DNA of 64,000 nucleotides from Longimicrobiales bacterium (GTDB lineage: Bacteria; Gemmatimonadota; Gemmatimonadetes; Longimicrobiales; Gaopeijiaceae), in contig CBDDCX010000005.1 of assembly GCA_965226375.1 (NCBI GenBank), positions 1 through 64,000 on the forward strand, in the 5' to 3' direction. Under the pieces are notes generated by a model. The model saw nothing but the letters and a program-made list of their open reading frames with translations, made no database searches and was not told the origin of the DNA. The first letter of the stretch is position 1; each line of letters begins with the position of its first letter. Positions 48,914 to 58,789 of the stretch are shown here, in pieces. Position numbers and translations under genes: made by a program.

Positions 48914-50424
48914 GCCGGGTGAGCGAGCAGGGGGGAGGGACCGGCACGCTGGAGCGACCTGCAGCTGCGGAGCCGGCCTTGGTCGGCACCGAGCTGCGGA
49001 TCCTTCCGTTCGAGGATGCCGACCCGGTACGTCAGTTCGCGACGCTGACCTTCGTGCGTGGCGGGCTCATCGCGATTGCCATCACGCTCGTGGGTGGTCT
49101 GCTCGGGGCCCTGTATTCGGTCCCGTCCCTAGCGCCCACCTTCCAGTCCCTCGGTCTCGACTTGAGGCAGCTACGCCCCATTCACACAACGTTCGCCTCT
49201 GCATGGATCTTTCTCGGCGGCATGGCCGTGGTTCATCGCTACCTCATGGATCACGGAGGTCCGGCCACATCAGGAGATCGCTGGAGGCTGCGGGTGCAGG
49301 TACTCTGCTGGGCTGCGGCAGGCTTTGGAATCCTCGTCACACTCCTGGCCGGTGTCGGTTCGGGTCGGGAGTACGTGGGTTTTCACCCGGCCTTCTCGGT
49401 ACTCATCCTGGTCGGTTGGCTCTGCTACGCCTGGAACTTCTTCCGCGTCGTCGGACCCGGCTTCTGGAACCGCCCCCTCTACGTGACGATGTGGGGCGTC
49501 GGGACGGTGTTCTTCGTCTACACGTTCCTTGAACAGCATGCTTACCTCCTTTCTGGGTTATGGGAAGATCCGGTGCAGGATCTGCGGGTCCAATGGAAGG
49601 CGACCGGCACCATGGTGGGGACCTTCAACCTCTTCGTGTACGGCTCCGTCATCTACATCGGAGAGCGCATCTCCGGGGATGCCGAGTACGGACATTCACG
49701 GACCGCGTACGCGCTGTTCACGGTAAGCCTCCTGAACTCCTTCACGAATTTTGCGCACCACACCTACCATCTCCCCCAGCGTGAGCTCGTGAAGTGGATC
49801 GCATTCGTGGTGAGCATGATGGAGGTGATCATTCTGGTCCGGGCCGTTTCGGACCTGGTCAAGCTGGTGCGGACCCAGGAGGACAGGCCGTTCTGTGCCA
49901 CCAGGGGCAGCTTCGCCGCCGCCAAGTACTGGTCTGTGGCTATCGTCGGCTCCGCGGTGCTGATCTCCATTCCGCCGCTGAACGCGATCATCCATGGCAC
50001 GTATGCAGTTACGGGTCACGCCATGGGAGCCACGATCGGAATCGACACGATGATCCTGTTGGGCGCCGTGATCTGGATCGTGGGCGAATACCTGAGGGCC
50101 CGGGGGGACGAAGTCGCCTCGGATCCGCTTCACTGCACGCAAATGAGGTGGTCGGTCATAGGTCTCAATGTCGGGGTCGCCCTCCTGGTGCTGTGGCTCC
50201 ACGTGGTGGGTGTGGTCACGGGCGTCACCCGCATGCGCCTTGCACCGGCGGAGACGTATATCCCACCGGCCTGGCTCGGGGCGTCGTCGGGAGTCGTTTT
50301 CGCGCTCACAGGGGCGATCGCCTTCGTCTTCTTCGGTTCGGTCCTCGCCACGCTGATCCCTCTTTCATTCCCGGAATTTCCTAGTTTAAGGTCTTGCGGT
50401 TCTCGCTCAAGAGTGCGATATTGA
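48910..50424 (+). CDS. Heme-copper oxidase superfamily catalytic subunit (NorB/CcoN-like), non-canonical active site; last 17 aa contributed by IS
   Basis: About 12 TM; LRPIHT (helix II His), DLRVQWK, AHHTY, SMMEV, HGTYAVTGHAMG; ATGA overlap with the cytochrome c gene. Confidence 0.8.
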   Translation: MSRVSEQGGGTGTLERPAAAEPALVGTELRILPFEDADPVRQFATLTFVRGGLIAIAITLVGGLLGALYSVPSLAPTFQSLGLDLRQLRPIHTTFASAWIFLGGMAVVHRYLMDHGGPATSGDRWRLRVQVLCWAAAGFGILVTLLAGVGSGREYVGFHPAFSVLILVGWLCYAWNFFRVVGPGFWNRPLYVTMWGVGTVFFVYTFLEQHAYLLSGLWEDPVQDLRVQWKATGTMVGTFNLFVYGSVIYIGERISGDAEYGHSRTAYALFTVSLLNSFTNFAHHTYHLPQRELVKWIAFVVSMMEVIILVRAVSDLVKLVRTQEDRPFCATRGSFAAAKYWSVAIVGSAVLISIPPLNAIIHGTYAVTGHAMGATIGIDTMILLGAVIWIVGEYLRARGDEVASDPLHCTQMRWSVIGLNVGVALLVLWLHVVGVVTGVTRMRLAPAETYIPPAWLGASSGVVFALTGAIAFVFFGSVLATLIPLSFPEFPSLRSCGSRSRVRY

Positions 50425-50458
50425 ATCTGTCACCGAACCCCGGACAGGCGAGTACCGC

Positions 50459-51343
50459 ATGAACATCGTAGAAATCTTCGAGCAATTCCCAACCCAGAAA
50501 GACTGCATCAACCACCTCGAAAAGGCCAGATGGGGCGTAAAGCCAAGGTGCCCCTACTGCCAATCGCTGAACACCGCGCCTAGCCAACATCGTCACCGTT
50601 GTTACGAATGCAAAACCTCGTTCAGTGTCACAGTCGGAACGATCTTTCACCACACACACCTACCGCTCCAAAAGTGGTTTCTCGCCATCATGCTCATGCT
50701 GAACGCGAAGAAGGGGCTTTCCGCGCTTCAGCTATCTCGGGATCTCAAGGTCAACAAGAACACGGCGTGGCGGATCACCATGCAAGTCAGAAAGGCCATG
50801 GCACAATCCGAACATCGGAACCTGCTAACGGGCATCGTCGAGATGGACGAGACCTATGTGGGCGGGAAGCCGAGGAGGGGAACCAAAGGCGATAGGCCGG
50901 ACGGCCAGCACACGCGGGGACGCGGCACCAAGAAAGCTCCTGTTGTCGGTGCCGTGGAGCGTGGAGGTAACGTCACAGCTAAGACGGTAGCCAAGGATAA
51001 GCTTAAGGGTCGTCACCTTCGCGCCTTCGTTCGGGCGCGAATCAACACTGAGCGAGCTTGCCTGATAACGGACGAGTACAAGGGCTATCTCGGAATGTCG
51101 AAGGTGCTTCCGCATGCGGTCATCAAGCACTCCGACTGGTATGTGGACGGCGATCTCCACACGAACACGATTGAGGGCTTCTGGGCACTCCTGAAGCGTG
51201 GAATGTTCGGCCAGTTCCACAGCGTCAGCCGAAAGCACCTACAACGCTACATAGACGAATTCTGCTACCGCTACAACCTCCGTGGCGTAGAGCCGGATCA
51301 CAGCTTCTTGCTCACGATAGATCGCGGGCTGGGGGTGGCATGA
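50459..51343 (+). CDS. IS1595-family transposase
   Basis: Zn ribbon CPYC..CYEC, FSVTVGTIF, EMDETYVGG, ITDEY, HTNTIEGFW, YIDEFCYRYN. Confidence 0.95.
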   Translation: MNIVEIFEQFPTQKDCINHLEKARWGVKPRCPYCQSLNTAPSQHRHRCYECKTSFSVTVGTIFHHTHLPLQKWFLAIMLMLNAKKGLSALQLSRDLKVNKNTAWRITMQVRKAMAQSEHRNLLTGIVEMDETYVGGKPRRGTKGDRPDGQHTRGRGTKKAPVVGAVERGGNVTAKTVAKDKLKGRHLRAFVRARINTERACLITDEYKGYLGMSKVLPHAVIKHSDWYVDGDLHTNTIEGFWALLKRGMFGQFHSVSRKHLQRYIDEFCYRYNLRGVEPDHSFLLTIDRGLGVA

Positions 51344-52254
51344 TGAGTGACGAGCCGCTGAGAGTCATTGCCGGTGCACCAGATCGACCGCTGATCATAG
51401 GCGAAATCGAGATACCATGCTACGTCCTGGAAGACGAGACTCGTGTCCTTAGCCAGGGAGGATTTGCTCGGGCCATAGGAAGAACAGGCGGCCCGAAAAA
51501 AGGTGCCACAGATGACATCTTCAAACTACCTGTTTTTTTGCAGCCTAGGAACCTTAAACCCTTTATTACCAATGATTTGACCAGCTCTTCAATACCAGTC
51601 CTGTTTCAGGCTACAACTGGCGGTACCGTGGCGATTGGATACCGGGCAGAAATACTACCAGCAGTCTGTGAAGTCTATTTGAAGGCGCAAGATGCCGGAG
51701 CCCTGCGTACATCGCAACAGCACATTGCTGATCGGGCTGAAATCCTCCTGCGCGGTCTCGCGACCGTTGGTATCATCGCGCTGGTCGATGAAGCGACTGG
51801 CTACCAACGAATCAGGGAGAAACGTGCGCTCGCTACCATCCTTGAGAAGTTCATCGCCGAGGACCTTCAGCCTTGGACCCGGACCTTCCCATTTGAATTC
51901 TACGAACAGATTTTCCGCCTAAAGGGTTGGACTGGATCGGCTTCCGCCGAGCGACCGTCAGTAATCGGCCACTACACAAACGATTTCGTCTATAAGCGAT
52001 TGGCCCCAGGGATACTAAAGGAACTTCGTAAACTGAATCCCGTTCAGCCTGATACCAAAGCACGGCGTCACAGACACCACCAATGGTTCACTCCTGATTT
52101 AGGACATCCGAAACTACGGGAGCACTTGGCCGCCGTGCTCGCGCTCATGAAGGCCGCTCCAAACTGGAACAATTTCAAGCGAAGCTTGGCCCGGGCATTC
52201 CCCAAACCTGACCACACAATTGAACTTCTGTTGGACGATGAGGTGAAGGGGTGA
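51340..52254 (+). CDS. P63C domain protein (IS passenger)
   Basis: IPCYVLED.TRVLSQ, GLATVGIIALVDEATGYQ, PWTRTFP, YKRLAPG, RHHQW..GHPKL. Confidence 0.85.
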   Translation: MMSDEPLRVIAGAPDRPLIIGEIEIPCYVLEDETRVLSQGGFARAIGRTGGPKKGATDDIFKLPVFLQPRNLKPFITNDLTSSSIPVLFQATTGGTVAIGYRAEILPAVCEVYLKAQDAGALRTSQQHIADRAEILLRGLATVGIIALVDEATGYQRIREKRALATILEKFIAEDLQPWTRTFPFEFYEQIFRLKGWTGSASAERPSVIGHYTNDFVYKRLAPGILKELRKLNPVQPDTKARRHRHHQWFTPDLGHPKLREHLAAVLALMKAAPNWNNFKRSLARAFPKPDHTIELLLDDEVKG

Positions 52255-52422
52255 ATCTGGGAAGACTCGGACAAGCCTGGCGAGCCATATCCTGAAGGCC
52301 AATCTCCATGTTCGTCGAATGTCAAGACCTTAAACTAGGAAATTCCGTTCATTCCGGACCTTTCGGACGGCCGACTCGGCTTGACCGCCCCCACCTGTAG
52401 CCCACGAAGAGAGATCTGATCC

Positions 52423-53682
52423 GTGGCCAAGAAGCAGCAGCCGACATTCCGGGACGTTCCGTACATGGGTGTCATTTACGTCGTGGCCGAAGCGGTGAAG
52501 CTCGGCTTCAGGAATGGCCACCCGGACTGGTGCAATCTTGGCCAAGGACAGCCGGAGATCGGTCCGATCCAGGGAGGGCCGCCGCGCCTCACGTGGATAA
52601 CTCTGGAGCCGCACGATCAAGCCTACGGGCCCGTCGGTGGTATCGCCGAACTCAAGACGGCTGTGGCGGACCACTACAACCGCCTGTACCGCCAAGGCTC
52701 GGACTCGAGGTACAAGAAACAAAACGTCACCATCGCGTCGGGCGGGCGGTTGATGCTGTCCCGGATCTTCGCGGCCCTCGGTGAGGTCCCGGTGGGCTAT
52801 CAGGTGCCGGACTATACGGCGTATGAGGATATGCTGGACTATCACAGCTACCGTCTGAAGCCGGTCCCGGTCCCCACTACGCCCGCCGAGGGCTTCAAGC
52901 TCTCACCGGAAGCCTTGGGACAGGCGATGACCAAAGGAAAGCTGCGGGCTTTCCTCATGAGCAATCCGTGTAACCCGACCGGGCAGGTGATCAGGGACGC
53001 CCAACTCGAGGCTTATGTGAACGTGGCCCGGAAGCAGAAGTGTGCGCTCATCTTCGACGAGTTCTACTCGCACTTCATCTACGGTGAGGGGGGCGAGGTG
53101 GCGGATGGCCCCGTCTCGGCCGCCAAGTATGTGCGCCACGTGGAGAAAGATCAGGTCTTACTGGTGGACGGCCTCACCAAGAGCTTCCGATATCCCGGAT
53201 GGCGCTTGGGTTGGGCTCTGGGGCCGTCTGATATTATCGAGAACATCGACCGGGCCGCCAGCGCGATCGATGGAGGACCGAGCCTCCCGGCCCAGCGTCT
53301 CGCCATCAAGGCTCTAGAGCCGGGGAGAGCCGATCAGGAGACCGAGGCCGTACGCAGCGTGTTCGCGAGGAAGCGAAACTTGATGCTCGAAGGACTTCGC
53401 GGCATGGGCATCGAATGCGAGCACGAGCCCTCGGGCACGTTCTACGTGTGGGCGAATATCGGTAGCTTACCCAAGCCTTTCAATGATGCCGACGAGTTCT
53501 TTCGAGCGGCTTTGGCAAAGAAGGTGCTGACTGTTCCGGGGCGGTTCTTCGATGTGAACCCAGGTGGAATCAAGCCGGTGAACAAGGACCTCAAGAAGTG
53601 GGTCCGTTTCTCCTTCGGTCCGCCTGAGGCCAAGGTTCGCATGGGGTTGGAGCGCCTCGAGGAGATGCTTCAGGGCGACTAG
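52423..53682 (+). CDS. PLP-dependent aminotransferase class I/II
   Basis: NLGQGQP, SNPCNPTG, DEFY, GLTKSFRYPGWRLGW, RFSF. Confidence 0.92.
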   Translation: MAKKQQPTFRDVPYMGVIYVVAEAVKLGFRNGHPDWCNLGQGQPEIGPIQGGPPRLTWITLEPHDQAYGPVGGIAELKTAVADHYNRLYRQGSDSRYKKQNVTIASGGRLMLSRIFAALGEVPVGYQVPDYTAYEDMLDYHSYRLKPVPVPTTPAEGFKLSPEALGQAMTKGKLRAFLMSNPCNPTGQVIRDAQLEAYVNVARKQKCALIFDEFYSHFIYGEGGEVADGPVSAAKYVRHVEKDQVLLVDGLTKSFRYPGWRLGWALGPSDIIENIDRAASAIDGGPSLPAQRLAIKALEPGRADQETEAVRSVFARKRNLMLEGLRGMGIECEHEPSGTFYVWANIGSLPKPFNDADEFFRAALAKKVLTVPGRFFDVNPGGIKPVNKDLKKWVRFSFGPPEAKVRMGLERLEEMLQGD

Positions 53683-53728
53683 TGGCTTCTAGGGCCGGGC
53701 AGTTTTCACGCGACGAGTCGGAGGACCC

Positions 53729-54748
53729 ATGGCGCACCCGCGAGGCGCCGGTTGGCGAGATGAGGCCGCTGCAGGACTCATGGCCAAGACACTCTCCGCT
53801 GTCGGCGTCGAGGGAGATGTACTCGTCATGCTCGAGGGGTGTGATGAGGTGGCCGATGCTGTGCGTGCGTCCGGCGGAACACCTCATTCCTGGCACAGGA
53901 CGGCACTCGGCGGCCGTGCTGCCACCCCATGGCCTGACGCCGGACCGTTCGAGGCCGCGACTCTCAGGCTTCCGAAGGCGAAAGACGAGCTTGAGATGGC
54001 CGTTCATGCGGCCGCCGCTTCCCTCCGGGCGGGTGGGCTCCTTTGGGTGTACGGGGCCAACGACGAGGGGGCCGGCTCCGCAGAGGGGCGGATCGAACTG
54101 GTGATGGGCTCGTCGACCACGATCGCCACAGGGGGGCGCTGCAGGGTCGTCGAGTCCGTATGTCCCGATCGGGTGTCACGGTCGATGAACACCCTGGAGG
54201 CGTGGCAGCGTTCGTCTCCCCTGAACATCGCCCACCTCCCGGACAGCTGGATCTCGTATCCGGGCGTCTTCGCGCATGGCCGAGTCGACGCGGGGACCCG
54301 GGCTCTCATGGAAACGATTCCGTTGCTTACCGCAGAGACGCGAGTGCTCGACTTCGCCTGTGGGTCCGGACTCCTGGGCGCGTTCGTGTCGGCGCGTGAG
54401 CCCGGGGTCTCAGTAGACTTTCTCGACGCCGACACTGTGGCACTCGAGGCGGTCGAATTGAACCTTCCCGGTGCCCGTACGATCCTGTCCGACGGGCTCA
54501 GCGAGGTAGGGGACCGGCGCTACGACCTGATTGTCAGCAACCCTCCGTACCATGAAGGGAAGGGCGAGACGGGTCGGGTTCTGGAGGAGCTGGCAAGCGG
54601 TGCTCCGGCACACCTGACCGAAAAGGGCACGCTCTTGCTCGTGACCCAGCGGCGCCTTCCGATCCGGTCTCATCTGGAGGCGGCCTTCGACATCGTCGAG
54701 GCGGTCCTGGATGATGGGCCCCACCGGATCTGGCGCGCGGAGCTGTAG
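53729..54748 (+). CDS. RsmC-like class I SAM methyltransferase
   Basis: RLPKAKDE, GANDEG, PGVFAHGRVDAGT, LDFACGSG, SNPPYH. Confidence 0.8.
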   Translation: MAHPRGAGWRDEAAAGLMAKTLSAVGVEGDVLVMLEGCDEVADAVRASGGTPHSWHRTALGGRAATPWPDAGPFEAATLRLPKAKDELEMAVHAAAASLRAGGLLWVYGANDEGAGSAEGRIELVMGSSTTIATGGRCRVVESVCPDRVSRSMNTLEAWQRSSPLNIAHLPDSWISYPGVFAHGRVDAGTRALMETIPLLTAETRVLDFACGSGLLGAFVSAREPGVSVDFLDADTVALEAVELNLPGARTILSDGLSEVGDRRYDLIVSNPPYHEGKGETGRVLEELASGAPAHLTEKGTLLLVTQRRLPIRSHLEAAFDIVEAVLDDGPHRIWRAEL

Positions 54749-55182
54749 GTGTCGCAGAAGCGTAACCTTTGCGCAGGCCGTGGGTAGCCTCCAACGTCCC
54801 AAACCGATCTCGCCAGGCCCGCCACGCTCGCGTGGTCGTCTTCTACATGGAGGAGCGCGCTTGCCTTCGGGCGTCCGAAGCCGGCTGGCCCGCACCCTGC
54901 GCTTCCGTCGTCGCCGATGGATCCCCCGTTCCGTCCCTGCGGCGTGGCATCATGCGGTGGAGCGGAACGGTGAGGTGAGCGTTCAGCCTGTGCGAGAGAT
55001 CACGTTCGAGGCGGGGGACGGCCTCGTATTGTTCGCTTGCCAGGACCGCGTCTTGGAGGTGGTTTCGCGCAACCTGACGGGGGCCACGAACTGAGCCCTC
55101 TCGCCACCTTGCGGAATCCCTGGTGTACCCGCATTCATGGTCGCTTAATTCGCCGCATCCACCGACCTGAAAGGTCCTGAGC

Positions 55183-56985
55183 GTGGAACCAACGGACATA
55201 GCAGATCCGCAGTATTACCACAAAGTCGTCGACTGCCAGTGGGCGTGTCCGGCACATACGCCCGTGCCCGAGTATATCCGCTTGATCGCAGAGGGGCGCT
55301 TCACCGAGTCGTACATGCTCAACCGCGACTCGAACGTCTTCCCGGGCATCTTGGGAAGGACGTGTGACCGGCCCTGTGAGCCTGCCTGTCGGCGGGTTCG
55401 CGTCGAGGACGAACCAGTGGCCATCTGCCGTCTCAAGCGGGTGGCGTCCGACCTGAGAGGCGACGTGTCGGACTTGCTCCCCAAGGCGCCCGAGGCCAAG
55501 AACGGCAAGCGAGTGGCTCTGATCGGTGCCGGCCCGGCCTCGTTGACGGTGGCGAACGACCTCATGCAGATCGGCTATGAGTGTGTCCTGTACGAGAAGA
55601 TGGATCGGCCCGGTGGACTCATGCGGACCAACATCCCCTCGTTCAGGCTACCGGCCGATGTCCTGAATGAAGAGATCGCCGCCGTTCTCGACATGGGTGT
55701 GGAGGTCCATTACAGCCACCCCGTGGAGAGCCTGAAGACCTTCCTGGACGACGAAGACTTCGATGCTGTTTTCATCGGCACGGGAGCGCCCAAGGGTAAG
55801 GAGCTCGGCATCCCGGGGAGGGAGGAGGCCGACGCCAATATCCACATAGGCATCGAGTGGCTCGAGTCGGTCCACTTCGAGCACATCGAGTCGATCGGCG
55901 AGCGGGTTCTGGTCATCGGGGTCGGCAATACCGCCATGGATTGCTGCCGCACATCGAAGCGGATCGGTGGCAAGGACGTCAAGGTCGTGGCCCGGAAGAG
56001 TCGCCCCTACTTCAAGGCATCCGCGTGGGAACTCGAGGATGCCGAGGAAGAGGTAATCGAGATTGTAGAGGACCACTCTCCGGCGCGCTTCGTTCTGGAA
56101 GACGGTCGTCTGGTGGGGATGGAATTCGACATCGTCGAGTGGCATCCGGACGACTCGGGGCGGCTCGTGGCCACCAAACTCGACAGCATCGTCATTCCCT
56201 GTGATGACGTCATCCTCGCCATCGGCCAGGACAACGCCTTCCCCTGGATCGAGCGTGACATCGGAATCGAGTTCGGGGAGTGGGACATGCCCGTGGTGGA
56301 CCGAACCACGTTCCAGACGACGCGAGACGGCGTTTTCATGGGCGGGGATGCGGCCTGGGGACCGGAAAACATCATCTGGGCCGTAGAGCACGGACATCAG
56401 GCCGCGATCTCCATTCACAACCACTGCCAAGGTACACCCCTCACGGAGCGTCCCGAGTATGGTATGACCCTGGTCTCCCAGAAGATGGGACTCCACTCGT
56501 GGAGCTACGGGAGTGACTACGACCCGGCCTTGCGCTCCAAGATGAACCACGTCGACCTCGTGGAGCGCTTCAAGGCGCTCGAAGTCGAGGTCGAGTTGGG
56601 GTTCGATCCGGAGCAGACCGCCGTCGAGGTCGCGCGCTGTCTGAACTGCGACATTCAGACCGATTTTACGGCCAAGCTGTGCATCGAGTGCGATGCGTGC
56701 ATCGACGTGTGTCCCGTGTACTGCCTTACCATCACCCACGATGGCGAGGAGGACGAGCTGAGGACCCGCCTCACCGCCCCTGCGGACAACCTGGATCAGG
56801 ACCTCTACGTGTCCGAAGGACTCCCCCAGACCGCTCGTGTCATGGTCAAGGACGAAGACCTTTGTGTGCACTGCGGGCTATGCGCCGAGCGTTGCCCCAC
56901 GGCCGCATGGGACATGCAAAAGTTCGATCTACTGATCCCCTACGCAGGAAAACCGACTAGGACGGAGACACTCGAGCCCGTATGA
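55183..56985 (+). CDS. GltD/SudA-like FAD oxidoreductase with C-terminal 2x[4Fe-4S] ferredoxin
   Basis: CQWACP, GRTCDRPCE..C, GAGPAS, GVGNTAMD, CIECDACIDVCP, CVHCGLCAERCP. Confidence 0.9.
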   Translation: MEPTDIADPQYYHKVVDCQWACPAHTPVPEYIRLIAEGRFTESYMLNRDSNVFPGILGRTCDRPCEPACRRVRVEDEPVAICRLKRVASDLRGDVSDLLPKAPEAKNGKRVALIGAGPASLTVANDLMQIGYECVLYEKMDRPGGLMRTNIPSFRLPADVLNEEIAAVLDMGVEVHYSHPVESLKTFLDDEDFDAVFIGTGAPKGKELGIPGREEADANIHIGIEWLESVHFEHIESIGERVLVIGVGNTAMDCCRTSKRIGGKDVKVVARKSRPYFKASAWELEDAEEEVIEIVEDHSPARFVLEDGRLVGMEFDIVEWHPDDSGRLVATKLDSIVIPCDDVILAIGQDNAFPWIERDIGIEFGEWDMPVVDRTTFQTTRDGVFMGGDAAWGPENIIWAVEHGHQAAISIHNHCQGTPLTERPEYGMTLVSQKMGLHSWSYGSDYDPALRSKMNHVDLVERFKALEVEVELGFDPEQTAVEVARCLNCDIQTDFTAKLCIECDACIDVCPVYCLTITHDGEEDELRTRLTAPADNLDQDLYVSEGLPQTARVMVKDEDLCVHCGLCAERCPTAAWDMQKFDLLIPYAGKPTRTETLEPV

Positions 56986-58781
56986 ACGACTTCGCTCTGA
57001 AGATCGCTACGGTCAACGGTACGGGATCCGCCAGCGCCAACGGCCTGCTCATGCAGGCGGTGTTCCGCATGGGGGTCCCGGTTTCGGGAAAGAACGTGTT
57101 CCCGTCGAACATCCAAGGGCTGCCCACCTGGTACGAGATCCGGATCAACAAGGACGGGTACGATGCCCGGGCGGCCCACTTTGACGTCATGGTCGCCATG
57201 AACCCGAAGACGTACGAACAGGACGTCGCCGAGGTCCGGGCGGGGGGGTTCGTCGTCTACGACTCGACCCGGCCTCTGGACGAGGAACTGATGCGGGACG
57301 ACGTCACGTTTCTCGGCGTGCCGGTGGCCAAGATGTGCGTCGAGAATTTCCAGGGCGCGCGAGAGCGGCTCCTCATGACGAATATCGCTTATGTGGGTAC
57401 GCTGGTGGCTCTCCTCGACATCGATACCGAGGTAGTCGACGAACTGCTCAACGAGAAGTTCTCGGCCAAGCCCAAGCTCATGGAGTCGAACGAGGTCGCG
57501 ATCCGCCTCGGATACGAGTATGCGAAGGAGCACTTCGAGTGTCCGCTTCCGGTCCACCTCGAGACCATGGACGGCACCGGGGACTGCGTGCTCATCACGG
57601 GGAATGCGGCGGCGGCTTTGGGCTGCGTCTACGCGGGGGCTACGGTAGGAGCCTGGTATCCCATCACGCCGGCCACGTCGGTCATGGACTCGTTCAAGGC
57701 CTACTGTAGTCGCTTCCGTCAGGATCCGGAGACGGGAAAGAACCTCTACTGCATCATTCAGGCGGAAGACGAGTTGGCGGCCATCGGAATCGTGCTGGGC
57801 GCTTCCTGGATGGGAGCCAGGGCGTTCACGCCCACGAGCGGCGCGGGCATCTCGCTCATGAACGAGTTCATCGGCCTGGCCTACTACGCCGAGGTACCTG
57901 CGGTCCTGTTCGATATTCAGCGAACGGGTCCGTCCACGGGCATGCCCACGCGGACTCAACAGGGGGACTTCTTCGAGGTCGTATACGCGTCGCACGGTGA
58001 TACCAAACATGTGGCCCTATTCCCCGCGGAGCCCGGGGAGTGCTTCTACATGTCCGTCGAAGCTTTCGATCTCGCCGAGCGCTTTCAGACACCCGTGTTC
58101 GTCGTCTCGGATCTCGACATCGGGATGAACGACTGGATGTGCAAGCGGCTCGAGTGGGATGACGACTACGTACCCGACCGGGGTAAGGTGTTGTCCGCAT
58201 CAGACATCGAGGGTCTCGAGAAGTTCTATCGCTACATGGACGTCGACGGAGACGGTATCCCCTATCGCACGCTGCCGGGTGTGCATCCGGACGGGGCCTA
58301 TTTCACGCGTGGATCGGGGCACGACCGCTTCGGGCGCTACACGGAAGACGGTGATCTCTACAAGGAGGTAGTGGACCGCATCGCCCGCAAGATCGACTCA
58401 GCGGCTGCATACGTGCCGAAACCCGAGGTCCGGGTGGTGGAGGGCGCGCGAGTCAGCATCGTTACCGTGGGCAGTTGCCGCGGAGCCGTCTTGGAGGCCG
58501 TCGATCGGCTGGCCGCCGAGGGTGTCGGACTGGACTACATGCGGGTGAAGGCGTTCCCGTTCCATGACTCCATCGAGGCATTCCTGGATGCGCACGACAC
58601 GAACATCGTGGTGGAGCAGAACCGCGACGCGCAGCTGCTTCGCCTGCTGGCCCTGGAGACAGGGATCGAGAAGGGCAAGCTCGCGTCTGTGAGAGACTAC
58701 CGTGGCTTTCCCTTGACCGCCGATTTCGTGGTGGACGGCGTCAAGGAGCAACTGGGACTCATCCCGACGGAAGTCGGGTAG
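56982..58781 (+). CDS. korA: 2-oxoacid:acceptor oxidoreductase alpha subunit
   Basis: YPITPAT, QAEDELAA, TSGAG, QRTGPSTGMPT. Confidence 0.88.
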   Translation: MNDFALKIATVNGTGSASANGLLMQAVFRMGVPVSGKNVFPSNIQGLPTWYEIRINKDGYDARAAHFDVMVAMNPKTYEQDVAEVRAGGFVVYDSTRPLDEELMRDDVTFLGVPVAKMCVENFQGARERLLMTNIAYVGTLVALLDIDTEVVDELLNEKFSAKPKLMESNEVAIRLGYEYAKEHFECPLPVHLETMDGTGDCVLITGNAAAALGCVYAGATVGAWYPITPATSVMDSFKAYCSRFRQDPETGKNLYCIIQAEDELAAIGIVLGASWMGARAFTPTSGAGISLMNEFIGLAYYAEVPAVLFDIQRTGPSTGMPTRTQQGDFFEVVYASHGDTKHVALFPAEPGECFYMSVEAFDLAERFQTPVFVVSDLDIGMNDWMCKRLEWDDDYVPDRGKVLSASDIEGLEKFYRYMDVDGDGIPYRTLPGVHPDGAYFTRGSGHDRFGRYTEDGDLYKEVVDRIARKIDSAAAYVPKPEVRVVEGARVSIVTVGSCRGAVLEAVDRLAAEGVGLDYMRVKAFPFHDSIEAFLDAHDTNIVVEQNRDAQLLRLLALETGIEKGKLASVRDYRGFPLTADFVVDGVKEQLGLIPTEVG

Positions 58782-58789
58782 GAGCGTTC

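Larger units (their letters stand above)
50372..52347 (+). mobile_element. IS1595-family insertion sequence (1976 bp) with passenger gene
   Basis: Perfect 25-bp TIR CGGAATTTCCTAGTTTAAGGTCTTG (50372-50396 / 52323-52347); 8-bp target duplication TTCATTCC (50364-71 / 52348-55). Confidence 0.95.
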
